Assembly (NCBI GenBank): GCA_963843845.1
Contig: CAWJMB010000002.1
Location: forward strand, 1,216,001 to 1,280,000
Reading direction: 5' to 3'
DNA length: 64,000 nucleotides
Origin: an uncultured Gemmatimonadaceae bacterium
Lineage (GTDB): Bacteria; Gemmatimonadota; Gemmatimonadetes; Gemmatimonadales; Gemmatimonadaceae
Positions 31,092 to 40,188 of the stretch are shown piece by piece. The position numbers and the translations under genes are program-made. Position 1 is the first letter of the stretch. Each line of letters begins with the position of its first letter. The notes under the pieces are model-generated. The model worked only from the letters and a program-made list of their open reading frames with translations, had not been told where the DNA came from and searched no databases.

Positions 31092-32483
31092 ATGAGCGAG
31101 AACGAGACCGCGACCGCTGCTGCACTCGAAGTCCGCGACCCGCGCACGGGAAAGAGCTACGCGATGCCGATTCTTCCCGTCGGCACCGAGGGCGACACGG
31201 CCGTGCGCGCGATGGACCTGCGCCAGATCAAGGTCGAACGCCGACGAGTTCGGGCTGATGAGCTACGACCCGGCGTTCATGAACACGGCGTCGTGCAAGA
31301 GCGCGATCACGTTCATCGACGGCGACAAGGGGATCCTGCGCTACCGCGGCTACCCGATCGAGCAGCTCGCCGAGAAGGCGACGTTCCTCGAGGTCGCGTG
31401 GCTGCTGCGCAACGGCGAGCTGCCGACGCAGCCGCGAGTACGACGACGTGGGTGCACGACATCACGTACCACACGTACGTGCACGAGAACATCAAGACGT
31501 TCCTCGCAGGGCTTCCGCTACGACGCGCACCCGATGTCGATGCTCGTGCAGCTCGCGTCGCCGCGCTGTCGAGCTTCTACCCGAAGGCGAAGAACATCCA
31601 GGACCCGGCAGCAGCGCCACATCGCGATCATCCGCCTGCTCGCGAAGCTGCCGACGATCGCCGCGTTCTGCTTCCGGCACGTGAAGGGGCTGCCGTTCAT
31701 CTACCCCGACAACGACCTCGGCTACGTCGAGAACTTCCTCTCGATGGTCGCGCGCATGTCGGAGCCGAAGTACGAGGCGCAACCCGGTCTTCGTGAAGGC
31801 GCTCGAGGTGCTGTTCATCCTCCACGCCGACCACGAGCAGAACTGCTCGACGAGCGCGGTGCGCGCCGTCGGCTCGCTCGCACGTCGACCCGTTCTCGGC
31901 GGTCGCGGCGGGCATCGCGGCGCTCTACGGCCCGCTGCACGGCGGCGCGAACGAGGCGGTGCTGCACATGATCAAGGAGATCGGCGACACGAAGAACGTC
32001 CCCGCGTTCATCGAGGAGGTGAAGGGCGGCAAGGGCAGCACGCCTCATGGGCTTCGGCCACCGCGTGTACAAGAGCTACGATCCGCGCGCGCGCATCGTG
32101 AAGAAGCTCGCCGACGACGTGTTCGCGCAGGTCGGGGCATGGACAAGGACCTCGAGATCGCGCTCGAGCTCGAGCGCATCGCGCTGTCCGACGACTACTT
32201 CGTCTCGCGCAAGCTCTACCCGAACGTCGACTTCTACACGGGGCTGATCTACCGCTCGATGGCGTTCCCGACGGACTTCTTCACCGTGCTGTTCGCCGTG
32301 GCGCGCACGGCCGGCTGGCTCGCGCAGTGGGAGGAGATGCTGCTCGACAAGGAGCAGAAGATCGCGCGGCCGCGGCAGATCTACATCGGTGCCGCCGGAG
32401 CGGGCAGTACGCGAGCCGAGCTGACGGAGCAAGCAGCCGCGGGCGCGGAAGGACTCGATCCGGAAGTGAGTGCGCCTGACTAG
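31092..32483 (+). CDS. gltA: Citrate synthase, many indels
   Basis: [68 protein letters not shown]. Confidence 0.93.
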
Positions 32484-32501
32484 CCTCGTCCTCACCATCC
32501 C

Positions 32502-34469
32502 GTGTGCGGCATAGCCGGTTTCCTCGGATCGGTCGGCGGTGACGTCGATCGTGTCGCTCAGTCGATGGGCGACGCGATCGCGCACCGTGGCCCGGACGCG
32601 CACGGGGTCTGGACCGACGCGGCGCACGGGATCGCGCTCAGTCATCGCCGACTGTCGATCATCGACCTGAGCGAGGCCGGAGCACAGCCGATGACGTCGG
32701 CCTCCGGTCGGTTCGTCCTCGTCTTCAACGGCGAGACGTACAACTTCGGTCCGATCCGCGACGAGCTCTCCGCCGCGGGCGTCGCGTTTCGCGGAACGAG
32801 CGACACGGAAGTCCTCCTCGCTGCGTTCGAACGGTGGGGGATCGCCCGGAGCATCCCGCGATTCGCGGGGATGTTCGCATGCGCGGTCTGGGATCGTGAC
32901 GAGCGGACGCTGACGCTCATCCGTGACCGCTTGGGAGAGAAGCCGCTCTACTACGGCCGGGTCGGCACGGCCTGGGCGTTCGGGTCGGAACTCAAATCAC
33001 TGCAGGGGCTGCCGGCGTGGCGTGGCGACGTCTCTCCCGCCGCCGCGGCCCAGCTGCTCCGGCACGGCTACGTGCAGGCACCGCTCACGATCTACGACGG
33101 GATCGCGAAGGTGTTGCCAGGGACGTACGTGGTGCTCCGCGCCGGGCGCGAGCCGGTGGCCACGACGTACTGGGATCCGGTCGACGTGGCGCGGCGCGGC
33201 ATCGCGAACCCGCTCACGGGTACGCCCGACGAGATCGCGAGTGAACTCGAAGCGTTACTGCTGCCGATCGTTCGTGACGAGATGATCGCGGACGTGCCGT
33301 TCGGCGCGTTTCTCTCCGGCGGCATCGACTCGTCGCTCGTCGTCGCGCTGATGCAGGCCGTGAGCACGCGACCGGTCCGCACGTTCACGATCGCCGTCGA
33401 CGACGAAGCGTCCAACGAGGCGCCGTTCGCCGCCGCGGTCGCAGCACATCTGGGCACCGAGCACACCGAGATCCCGGTGACCGGCACCGACGTGCTCGAC
33501 ATCATTCCCGACCTGGCCTCCATCTACGACGAGCCGCTCGCCGACCCGTCGCAACTCCCCACGCTGCTCCTGTCGCGCCTCACTCGGCAGCACGTCACCG
33601 TCGCCCTCTCGGGTGACGGCGGCGACGAGCTGTTCGGAGGCTATCAGCACCACCGATCGGTCGGCGGTACGGCAGCGATCGGAGACCGCACGCCACGCTT
33701 CGTGCGCGCACTGCTCGGCCCGGCACTGCTCCGCTTCCCCGAGCCGTCCCCGAACGCGATCACGCGGCTGATCGCAGGTCGCGGGCACCGACCGGCCAAC
33801 ACGATCAACAAGCTCGGCGCGTTCCTCCTCGCGCACGACGAGCAACAGCGCCACAGCGCGCAGCACGCGATGACGGTCCGGCCAGCGCGCTTCCTCGACC
33901 GCCGGTATCGCGACGGCGCCGGGGTCGGCGCGCTCCGCGGGGCGTGGCTACACGAGACGTCGCCGTTCGCCGCGCGCATGCTCTTCGACTCGATCAGCTA
34001 TCTCCCGGACGACATCCTCATGAAGGTCGACCGCGCTGCGATGGCGTACAGTCTCGAGACGCGGGCGCCCTTGCTGGATCACCGCGTCTTCGAGTTCGCG
34101 TGGCGAGTGCCCTACGAGAGGAAGGTTCGTGACGGGATCGGGAAGATGCCCCTGCGCGACGTGCTGTATCGCTATGTGCCGCGCGCGCTGATCGACCGGC
34201 CGAAGCGAGGGTTCGTCGTCCCGCTCGGCGCGTGGCTTCGCGGCCCGCTGCGCGAGTGGGCCGACGAGCTCCTCGCCCCTCGAGCCCTCGCGCACGACGG
34301 TGTCCTCGCCGCCGAACCGGTGGCGCGCCTCTGGTCGCAGCATCGTCGCGGCACGGCCGATCACAGCTACCTGCTCTGGTCGATCCTCGCGCTCTCGGCG
34401 TTCTTGCGCCGTGAGAAGACGGGGGGCGCTCCGTGCGGTGCGCCGGTGCGGCGGACGAGCGCGGCGTGA
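32502..34469 (+). CDS. asnB: Asparagine synthase-family amidotransferase (glutamine-hydrolysing), EPS associated
   Basis: N-terminal CGIAG, HRGPD, HRRLSIID, NGETYN, LSGGIDS, SGDGGDELFGGY, KVDRAAM. Confidence 0.92.
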   Translation: MCGIAGFLGSVGGDVDRVAQSMGDAIAHRGPDAHGVWTDAAHGIALSHRRLSIIDLSEAGAQPMTSASGRFVLVFNGETYNFGPIRDELSAAGVAFRGTSDTEVLLAAFERWGIARSIPRFAGMFACAVWDRDERTLTLIRDRLGEKPLYYGRVGTAWAFGSELKSLQGLPAWRGDVSPAAAAQLLRHGYVQAPLTIYDGIAKVLPGTYVVLRAGREPVATTYWDPVDVARRGIANPLTGTPDEIASELEALLLPIVRDEMIADVPFGAFLSGGIDSSLVVALMQAVSTRPVRTFTIAVDDEASNEAPFAAAVAAHLGTEHTEIPVTGTDVLDIIPDLASIYDEPLADPSQLPTLLLSRLTRQHVTVALSGDGGDELFGGYQHHRSVGGTAAIGDRTPRFVRALLGPALLRFPEPSPNAITRLIAGRGHRPANTINKLGAFLLAHDEQQRHSAQHAMTVRPARFLDRRYRDGAGVGALRGAWLHETSPFAARMLFDSISYLPDDILMKVDRAAMAYSLETRAPLLDHRVFEFAWRVPYERKVRDGIGKMPLRDVLYRYVPRALIDRPKRGFVVPLGAWLRGPLREWADELLAPRALAHDGVLAAEPVARLWSQHRRGTADHSYLLWSILALSAFLRREKTGGAPCGAPVRRTSAA

Positions 34470-34514
34470 GGTCCATGGACGGCGCCGCGCGGAATGTGGC
34501 GGCGCGCGGCTCGC

Positions 34515-35303
34515 TCAGCGCCCCGCCAGGACCCGGCGCCTGAACGCGAGCCACCGCTCGCCGCCGACAGCTTTCACCACCTTCTTCGCATTCCAGAACG
34601 CGGCCTGCCGCCATGCCGGCATGCGTCGTTCGAGTGCGAATGCGCGGGGTAGGGCGGGCGGGTCGTCGCGCATGATCGAGAACCGTCCGACCACAGCGCC
34701 GCCGGCGACCTGTCGAACGCGCGACGTCGGCTCCGACGTGAACAGCACCGTCAATCCGCTCTCGAACGCCAGTTCGGCGACGCGACGGGAGTAGAAGCCA
34801 GCGGGGACCGAACCCGTCCGCACCGGCGCGCCGAGTACGTCTTCCAGGCGCAGCCGGCTGTCACGCCACTCGGCGGCGATGCGGTGGGACGGGAGCGACG
34901 ACATCCGCATCGGATGCGAGCGCGAATGGCTGCCGATGACGTGACCGCGACCGTACAGCTCACGCAGATCGGCATCGTGCATGAACCCGTCGCGACCGAT
35001 CATGTCGGTCGGCACGAAGAAGAGGCCGCGCCATCCGCGCGACTCGAGCGTGGGCGCCGTGTGGCGGATCGCGCCACTGCCGCCGTCGTCGAACGTGAAC
35101 AGCACGGCATGCGCCCGATCCGGCGCGCGCAGCAGCTGCTCGATCGGCGGCGACGGCACGGCGACGTCGGCGACTGCCTCGTAGTGCCGGCGGAATTCGT
35201 GCTGGCTCAGCTTGTAGATGTCCGCGTCGCCCCCGGCGAAGCCGCTCGTGCCGAACGCATCCGGGTCGACGACGTCATGGTAGAGGAGTGCGGTGATCCT
35301 CAC
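34515..35303 (-). CDS. Polysaccharide deacetylase (CE4/NodB-like)
   Basis: LLYHDV, FTFDDG, IGSHSRSH, SVPAG; GTGA overlap with upstream gene. Confidence 0.88.
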   Translation of the reverse strand: MRITALLYHDVVDPDAFGTSGFAGGDADIYKLSQHEFRRHYEAVADVAVPSPPIEQLLRAPDRAHAVLFTFDDGGSGAIRHTAPTLESRGWRGLFFVPTDMIGRDGFMHDADLRELYGRGHVIGSHSRSHPMRMSSLPSHRIAAEWRDSRLRLEDVLGAPVRTGSVPAGFYSRRVAELAFESGLTVLFTSEPTSRVRQVAGGAVVGRFSIMRDDPPALPRAFALERRMPAWRQAAFWNAKKVVKAVGGERWLAFRRRVLAGR

Positions 35304-36127
35304 TTCTCGACCATCGCCGCGTCGCCCTTCGCCGCCCCCTGCCGATGCCGTCGTCCGCGTGCCCGCCGCTTCCACCGGAAGTAGCGGGTGAGCCACGGCT
35401 GGCCCCACTCCCCCGACGCGCGTCCGCGCGTGTCGATCGATCTGGCGTCGCCGGCGTGGACCATCTCGATACGATCCCGAACGGCATCGAGGTTGTCGAA
35501 CAGACACCGCTGCTGGATGACGACGTGCGATTCGGCCACCTCGTCGAACGGGTAGCTGAAATACCCGTAGACTGGTCCGGTATCGATGCCTCTGTCGATC
35601 TTCAACAACGTCACGCCCACGTTCGTGACGTCGTCCGTCGCGAGTGCCCAGAAGCCGCCGTGCGCGTTTCGGTACTCGGGGCACACGCCCGGGTGTAGAA
35701 CGAACGTCCCGGTCGTCGGGATGGAGAAGACGCGCTCGGCGAGGAGCGTCTTGCAGCGCGCGATCATGACATCCGGGGCGAGCGCACGGATGAACGCTTC
35801 GGCCTGTGGCGAGTTCGGACTGTGCGTCACGAGTACCGGCGGCGCGGGCGTCGTCGGGTACCGAGCCGCCAGCGTCGCGACGAGCTGCTGCTCCCACTCG
35901 GCGTCGCCGGCCGCCAGCCGCAGACGGTAGTAGAGCCGGAAGGCGAGCACGTCGAGAAAACGGAGCGGGCCCACGCGCTCCAACTCGCGCCGCACACGCT
36001 TCCGCTGCCGTTCGCCTGTCTCGCGGAGCTCGATGATCCCGGCGAGGTCGGAAAACGAGCCGAGCCACCGCGCGAGCCCGTCGCGATCGATGGCTGCACC
36101 GGCATGGCAGATGAGCAGGGTCCGCAT
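35300..36127 (-). CDS. Formyltransferase-family protein
   Basis: HPGVCPEYRNAHGGFWAL and GVTLLKIDRGIDTGPV resemble N10-formyl-THF transferase motifs. Confidence 0.8.
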   Translation of the reverse strand: MRTLLICHAGAAIDRDGLARWLGSFSDLAGIIELRETGERQRKRVRRELERVGPLRFLDVLAFRLYYRLRLAAGDAEWEQQLVATLAARYPTTPAPPVLVTHSPNSPQAEAFIRALAPDVMIARCKTLLAERVFSIPTTGTFVLHPGVCPEYRNAHGGFWALATDDVTNVGVTLLKIDRGIDTGPVYGYFSYPFDEVAESHVVIQQRCLFDNLDAVRDRIEMVHAGDARSIDTRGRASGEWGQPWLTRYFRWKRRARGRRHRQGAAKGDAAMVEK

Positions 36128-36130
36128 CGT

Positions 36131-36748
36131 TCAGGCCCCCGGCTGTCCTGCGGCGTCTTCAGCGCCGGGAACCTTCCGAACGGCGCGGCCCGGGTTGCCG
36201 GCGATGACGGAATTGGCCGCGTACACGCCCGAGCAGACCGTCAGCACGGACGTGATGCAGTTGTCTCCGATCGTCGTCCCGGGCAGCACGACACAGTCGT
36301 CGCCGATCCACACGTTGTCGCCGATGACGACTGGTGCCTTTCTCACAGGGGCGTTCGGATCGCGCCGATTGTGCAGGCCGGTCGGATGGAAGTCGGTGTC
36401 CATGATCCGACAGTTCGCCAGCAACCCGTCGCGACCGACGCTGATCCGCAGCGCGGAGCCGAAGCGGGTGCCGGAGAGTCGCGTGTCGTCGCCGACGGTG
36501 ATCAGCGCGTCGGGGTGGTGCGTGAACGGCGTCACGCGGAGAAACACCGAGACGTCGTCGCCGAACTCGACCCGGCCAGGTCCTTTCACCACGAGCCGGC
36601 CATACACCCGGAAGTTTCGCCCCGCCGTGAACCGCCGACCGGTCAGGGGAAGATACCACTGCAGGAATCGACCTCTCGCGACGGCGAGGGCATATCGAAT
36701 CGCGGTCCCAGGCTCGCGGAGTGCTCGGGCGAGCGTTGCTCGTGCCAT
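36131..36748 (-). CDS. Hexapeptide-repeat acyltransferase
   Basis: IMDTDFH, PVVIGDNVWIG, GTTIGDNCI, AGNPGR. Confidence 0.88.
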   Translation of the reverse strand: MARATLARALREPGTAIRYALAVARGRFLQWYLPLTGRRFTAGRNFRVYGRLVVKGPGRVEFGDDVSVFLRVTPFTHHPDALITVGDDTRLSGTRFGSALRISVGRDGLLANCRIMDTDFHPTGLHNRRDPNAPVRKAPVVIGDNVWIGDDCVVLPGTTIGDNCITSVLTVCSGVYAANSVIAGNPGRAVRKVPGAEDAAGQPGA

Positions 36749-36790
36749 CAGTCTACGTCCTCACGTCGGTCGTTCGCGGCGTCGTGCCGG

Positions 36791-37432
36791 TCAGGCGAGG
36801 TCGCGCCCGAGGTGGGCATACGACAGCGTGCGTCCGCCGACCCCGCCGTCGACTGTCGCGGCCCCGAACTGTACGAACGACGCACGCTCGTAGAATGCCA
36901 GGGCGCGCGCGTTGTCCGCGGCGACGTCGAGCACGAGGCGACTGGCGCCTGCGGCCGTCGCCGCGTCGACGGCGTGCTGCAGGAGTGCACGTCCGTACCC
37001 GCTCCCCGCCCCGTCCGGCGATACGGCGATCCGCGCGAGGTAGTGGTCGGTCGGAGTCGCGCGGAGCGCGACTCTGCTCGCGCGGTGCAGCCGATCGCGA
37101 AGCGCTGCGTCGCCACGGAGCGGCGCGAACCGACCGGCGGCGAGGGCGGACGCCAGACGCTGATCGCGCAGCGCCGCGTACGAGAGCAGCGAGTACATGC
37201 CGACCGGGTGACCGCCGACGAGCAGCATGCGTCCGTACGGCGGGCTGAAGTCGGCGACCCCCGCGTCGAAGAGGTGCCGGCGAAACTGCTCGGCGAGCTG
37301 CACGTCGTCGCCGAACACGAACGAGTAGTAGGCGACGGATGTCGACGCTTCGAGATCGAGGTAGGCTGCCTCGTGCCCCGAGACGATAGCCGTCAGCTCC
37401 CCGCCGGCGAGCCGCGCGCCGCACTCCGTCAT
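36791..37432 (-). CDS. GNAT N-acetyltransferase
   Basis: YLARIAVSPDGAGSGYGRALL, LDVAADNARALAFYERASF; ATGA overlap with upstream gene. Confidence 0.85.
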   Translation of the reverse strand: MTECGARLAGGELTAIVSGHEAAYLDLEASTSVAYYSFVFGDDVQLAEQFRRHLFDAGVADFSPPYGRMLLVGGHPVGMYSLLSYAALRDQRLASALAAGRFAPLRGDAALRDRLHRASRVALRATPTDHYLARIAVSPDGAGSGYGRALLQHAVDAATAAGASRLVLDVAADNARALAFYERASFVQFGAATVDGGVGGRTLSYAHLGRDLA

Positions 37433-38568
37433 GTCGCAGGCGGGTGGCTCAGCGCGATCGTGCCGATCTGCGGCGCATACCGCAACTGCCACCCGCTGTC
37501 GGTCGTGCGTGGGGCGAGCATCGACCACGATGCGCCGTGTGCGGGATCGCACCACGCGAGACAACCAGAGGAACCGAGATGCCCGAAGGAGTCTCGCGAC
37601 GTACGCGGCGGAGTCCAGTGGGGCGCCTTGTCGCCCCGGACCTCCACGCCCAGCCCCCAGGCGCACCGTGCCCAGCTGATTTTCCCCGACGGTCCGAACC
37701 CGAACACGGGGTCGGTCGTCGTGAAGCCGCCGCCCACGCCCCCCGTCTGATCGGTACGGGCGGCCGCGAGTAGCGGCGCTGAGACGAGGGTGGAGGCGTC
37801 GCCGTACGCCTGCGACAGGCTGAGGAGCGCTCGAGCGGTCCCGAACAGCCCTGCCCAGGGGGGTGCGAGCGAGCGCCAGTACGCACTGTTCACAGGCTCG
37901 TAGGGTGTGCCGGTGAATGTGCTGCGGACGTCGGCAAGCCGGGCGGGCTCGCGCGGGAGATCGTTCGCCGGATGCGCGTCGATCGCCAGTGGGGTGAGCA
38001 CGTGGCGTCGCATCGCCGTCCAGAACGCCTCGCCAGTCACGCGCTCGACGAGCGTCGCCAGCAGGCCGTAGCCGACGTTGCTGTACTGCACGATCGAGCC
38101 AGGCGTGTACTGGAGGGGCGTGGCGCGACACGCGTCGGCCAGGTCGCGCACTCCGAGCGCACCGCCGTACGAGATCAGGTCGGTCGGCAGATCGAGCGGC
38201 AGCCCACTCGTGTGCGACAAGAGCGTGCGTACCGTCACTCGCGAGTCGCCCGCCGCCGCACCCTCGACGTACCGCCCGATGACGTCGTCGAGACCGACCT
38301 GCCCGTCGTCGATCAGGCGCAGCACGAGGAGCCCGACCGCCAGCTTGCTCGTCGATGCGAGCGGGAAGAGCGTATCGATGGTCAGCGCCGTCCCGGCCGC
38401 GTCGGTACCGACGGCGAGCTGGTCGATCGATCCGTCGGCACGGTCGATCAACGCCACCAATCCGGGGACGGCATACGGACCGGGTGTCTCGACCGCGCGC
38501 GCAGCGACTTGTGCGAGCGCCCCCTGCGTGCGGGCGTCTCGCACGGGCGGCCCTGCGACCGCACTCAC
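37429..38568 (-). CDS. Beta-lactamase-fold serine hydrolase/acyltransferase
   Basis: SxxK (ASTSK), LLSHTSGL, YSN, FGHLGSSG; no signal peptide seen. Confidence 0.88.
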   Translation of the reverse strand: MSAVAGPPVRDARTQGALAQVAARAVETPGPYAVPGLVALIDRADGSIDQLAVGTDAAGTALTIDTLFPLASTSKLAVGLLVLRLIDDGQVGLDDVIGRYVEGAAAGDSRVTVRTLLSHTSGLPLDLPTDLISYGGALGVRDLADACRATPLQYTPGSIVQYSNVGYGLLATLVERVTGEAFWTAMRRHVLTPLAIDAHPANDLPREPARLADVRSTFTGTPYEPVNSAYWRSLAPPWAGLFGTARALLSLSQAYGDASTLVSAPLLAAARTDQTGGVGGGFTTTDPVFGFGPSGKISWARCAWGLGVEVRGDKAPHWTPPRTSRDSFGHLGSSGCLAWCDPAHGASWSMLAPRTTDSGWQLRYAPQIGTIALSHPPAT

Positions 38569-39767
38569 TGCGCGAGGCGCTGTAGCTCTGGCGAGGCGCG
38601 CACCGGCTCCGGCCACCGGGCCGGGTCGTTGCCGTGTTGCGCGAGGAACGCGTGTACCCACCGCTCCAATCCGAAGCCGATGCACACGCTGTGCATCGGT
38701 CCGCCGGCAGAATCCTGGCAGTCGAACACTCTGCCGAAGAAGTCGCTGTGATAGTTCAACGAGCCGACGGCGAGCTGACTTCCGTCGGGCAGGTACGCGG
38801 CGACCTCGTACTTCGTGTCCGAGCTGAGCTGGAAGAACGTCTTCGCGAGCGCATCGTCCGGCGCGACGAAGAACGGATCGCTCGCCGTCCGGATCTCTGC
38901 GGCGATACCGTGGGACTCGAGGAAGTCCGCCATCATCTCGACGCCGCGCTGGCGCTTCTCCAGCACTTCGTCGCGGGTCCCCAGGAAGACGATCTCGCGC
39001 AGCGTGAAGTCCCACAGCCGGCGCAGGTCCTTCATGTTGCTCGACTCGTAGCGGAAGCACTTCCCGCACATCCCGTACGTGATCCCGCCGGCCGCGATCC
39101 TGTCGCCGGCGTGCATGCTGTACGCGTGGTAACACACGGCCGGCGAGAGCGCCGCCTCGGGTTTCTCGAACTGGCCGCTCGCGCGGTCGTCGAGGTCGAG
39201 CCGCGCTTTGTGCCGCGCCTGGAAGTCCTCGACCAGCTCCGTGTCCTCGGGGAGGTGGCTCACGAAGTTGACGATGTGCGGAAACGACTTCAGGTAGTCG
39301 CACTTGGCCAGCGTCTCGACCGGGATCAGCGTCGGCGCCTGCAGCGGGGTCGCCCCGAACGGCGCACCGAACGCGGTGAAGACGCGGTCGAAGTACTGGA
39401 ACAGGGCGAGCGGCATCCCGGAGAGGGCGACCTGACCGGTCGCCATGAATCGGATCCCCGGTGCGTCGCCGGTTCCCCTGAACGTCGGATGGTCGGCCGC
39501 TGCCGTCTTGTGCACGACCGTGCGGGCGAGGTCTCGCAGGCTTCGCTGAACCCGCTGCGCGATCGTCGTCGCTTTCGCCGCGAAGTCGTCCGCCTGCTCC
39601 GACGGTGCGTCGAAGGTGAGACGCGTGCCGCCGTCTTCGAACGCGACGTTCGCGATCCCCTTCGACAGATGGTGCACGCGCTTGCCGATCTCCTCCTGCA
39701 CCATGTCGTTCGCGGCTTTCGCGAGCGCGACGCTCACCCGCGTCACCGACTGCGTGGAACCGCTCAT
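38565..39767 (-). CDS. Amino acid:[carrier protein] ligase (SerRS-like class II aaRS paralogue)
   Basis: LSPAVCYH, GKCFRYE (motif 2), RLWDFTLREIVF, GSLNYHSDFFG, HSVCIGFGLERW (motif 3); adjacent to a carrier protein. Confidence 0.88.
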   Translation of the reverse strand: MSGSTQSVTRVSVALAKAANDMVQEEIGKRVHHLSKGIANVAFEDGGTRLTFDAPSEQADDFAAKATTIAQRVQRSLRDLARTVVHKTAAADHPTFRGTGDAPGIRFMATGQVALSGMPLALFQYFDRVFTAFGAPFGATPLQAPTLIPVETLAKCDYLKSFPHIVNFVSHLPEDTELVEDFQARHKARLDLDDRASGQFEKPEAALSPAVCYHAYSMHAGDRIAAGGITYGMCGKCFRYESSNMKDLRRLWDFTLREIVFLGTRDEVLEKRQRGVEMMADFLESHGIAAEIRTASDPFFVAPDDALAKTFFQLSSDTKYEVAAYLPDGSQLAVGSLNYHSDFFGRVFDCQDSAGGPMHSVCIGFGLERWVHAFLAQHGNDPARWPEPVRASPELQRLAQ

Positions 39768-40000
39768 GCGGTCGAGCCTCCGAGCCGGACCACGAGCTCG
39801 TGCATCGCGCGCGGCGTACGGGCGCCGATGAAGTCCTGGTCGGGAATCGACACGTTGAATGCCGACTCGAGCTCCAGGAGCAGTTGCAGCGCGTCGACGG
39901 AGCTGACGCCCGCCTCGAACACGTCTTGATCGGGCTCGATCGCGTCGATCCCCCCGACGTTCGTGACGACCGCGATGACGCTATTGATATCAGGTTGCAT
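39764..40000 (-). CDS. Acyl/aminoacyl carrier protein (78 aa)
   Basis: DVFEAGVSSVDALQLLLELESAFNVSIP with phosphopantetheine Ser; ATGA-coupled to the ligase. Confidence 0.88.
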   Translation of the reverse strand: MQPDINSVIAVVTNVGGIDAIEPDQDVFEAGVSSVDALQLLLELESAFNVSIPDQDFIGARTPRAMHELVVRLGGSTA

Positions 40001-40108
40001 GAGTGTCGATTCCGGCGATGAGCGTGAAGAGACCTCAGACCAGCGCCACGCGTGAGCGCGTGTCGCCGCCGTCCGACGGGTGGCTGCTGCCTCTCCCGAC
40101 CGACGCAA

Positions 40109-40137
40109 AAGATAGCGGCCGCCGATTCACCGTCCAA
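40109..40137 (-). promoter_or_regulatory. Possible sigma70 promoter of the carrier-protein operon
   Basis: Minus-strand TTGGAC-N17-TATCTT about 110 nt upstream of the ATG. Confidence 0.35.
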
Positions 40138-40188
40138 CACGACACCAGCGGCTGCGACGATGCCGCGACGGCGCGCCGGCGGGCGACG

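Noticed and set aside
31092..32483. gltA, glcDEF, ompA etc. as true pseudogenes or programmed frameshifts
   Set aside because: Catalytic motifs and codon bias are intact, lesions are scattered small indels with no slippery sites; assembly error is more likely
37429..38568. Beta-lactam resistance gene
   Set aside because: No signal peptide, and it is embedded in a biosynthetic operon
38565..39767. Housekeeping seryl-tRNA synthetase
   Set aside because: Lacks the bacterial SerRS N-terminal coiled-coil arm and TAE motif, and is translationally coupled to a carrier protein
37429..40140. 903-aa ORF as a giant serine hydrolase
   Set aside because: Only the last ~379 aa are protein-like; the rest is an off-frame read-through of the ligase and ACP genes in high-GC DNA
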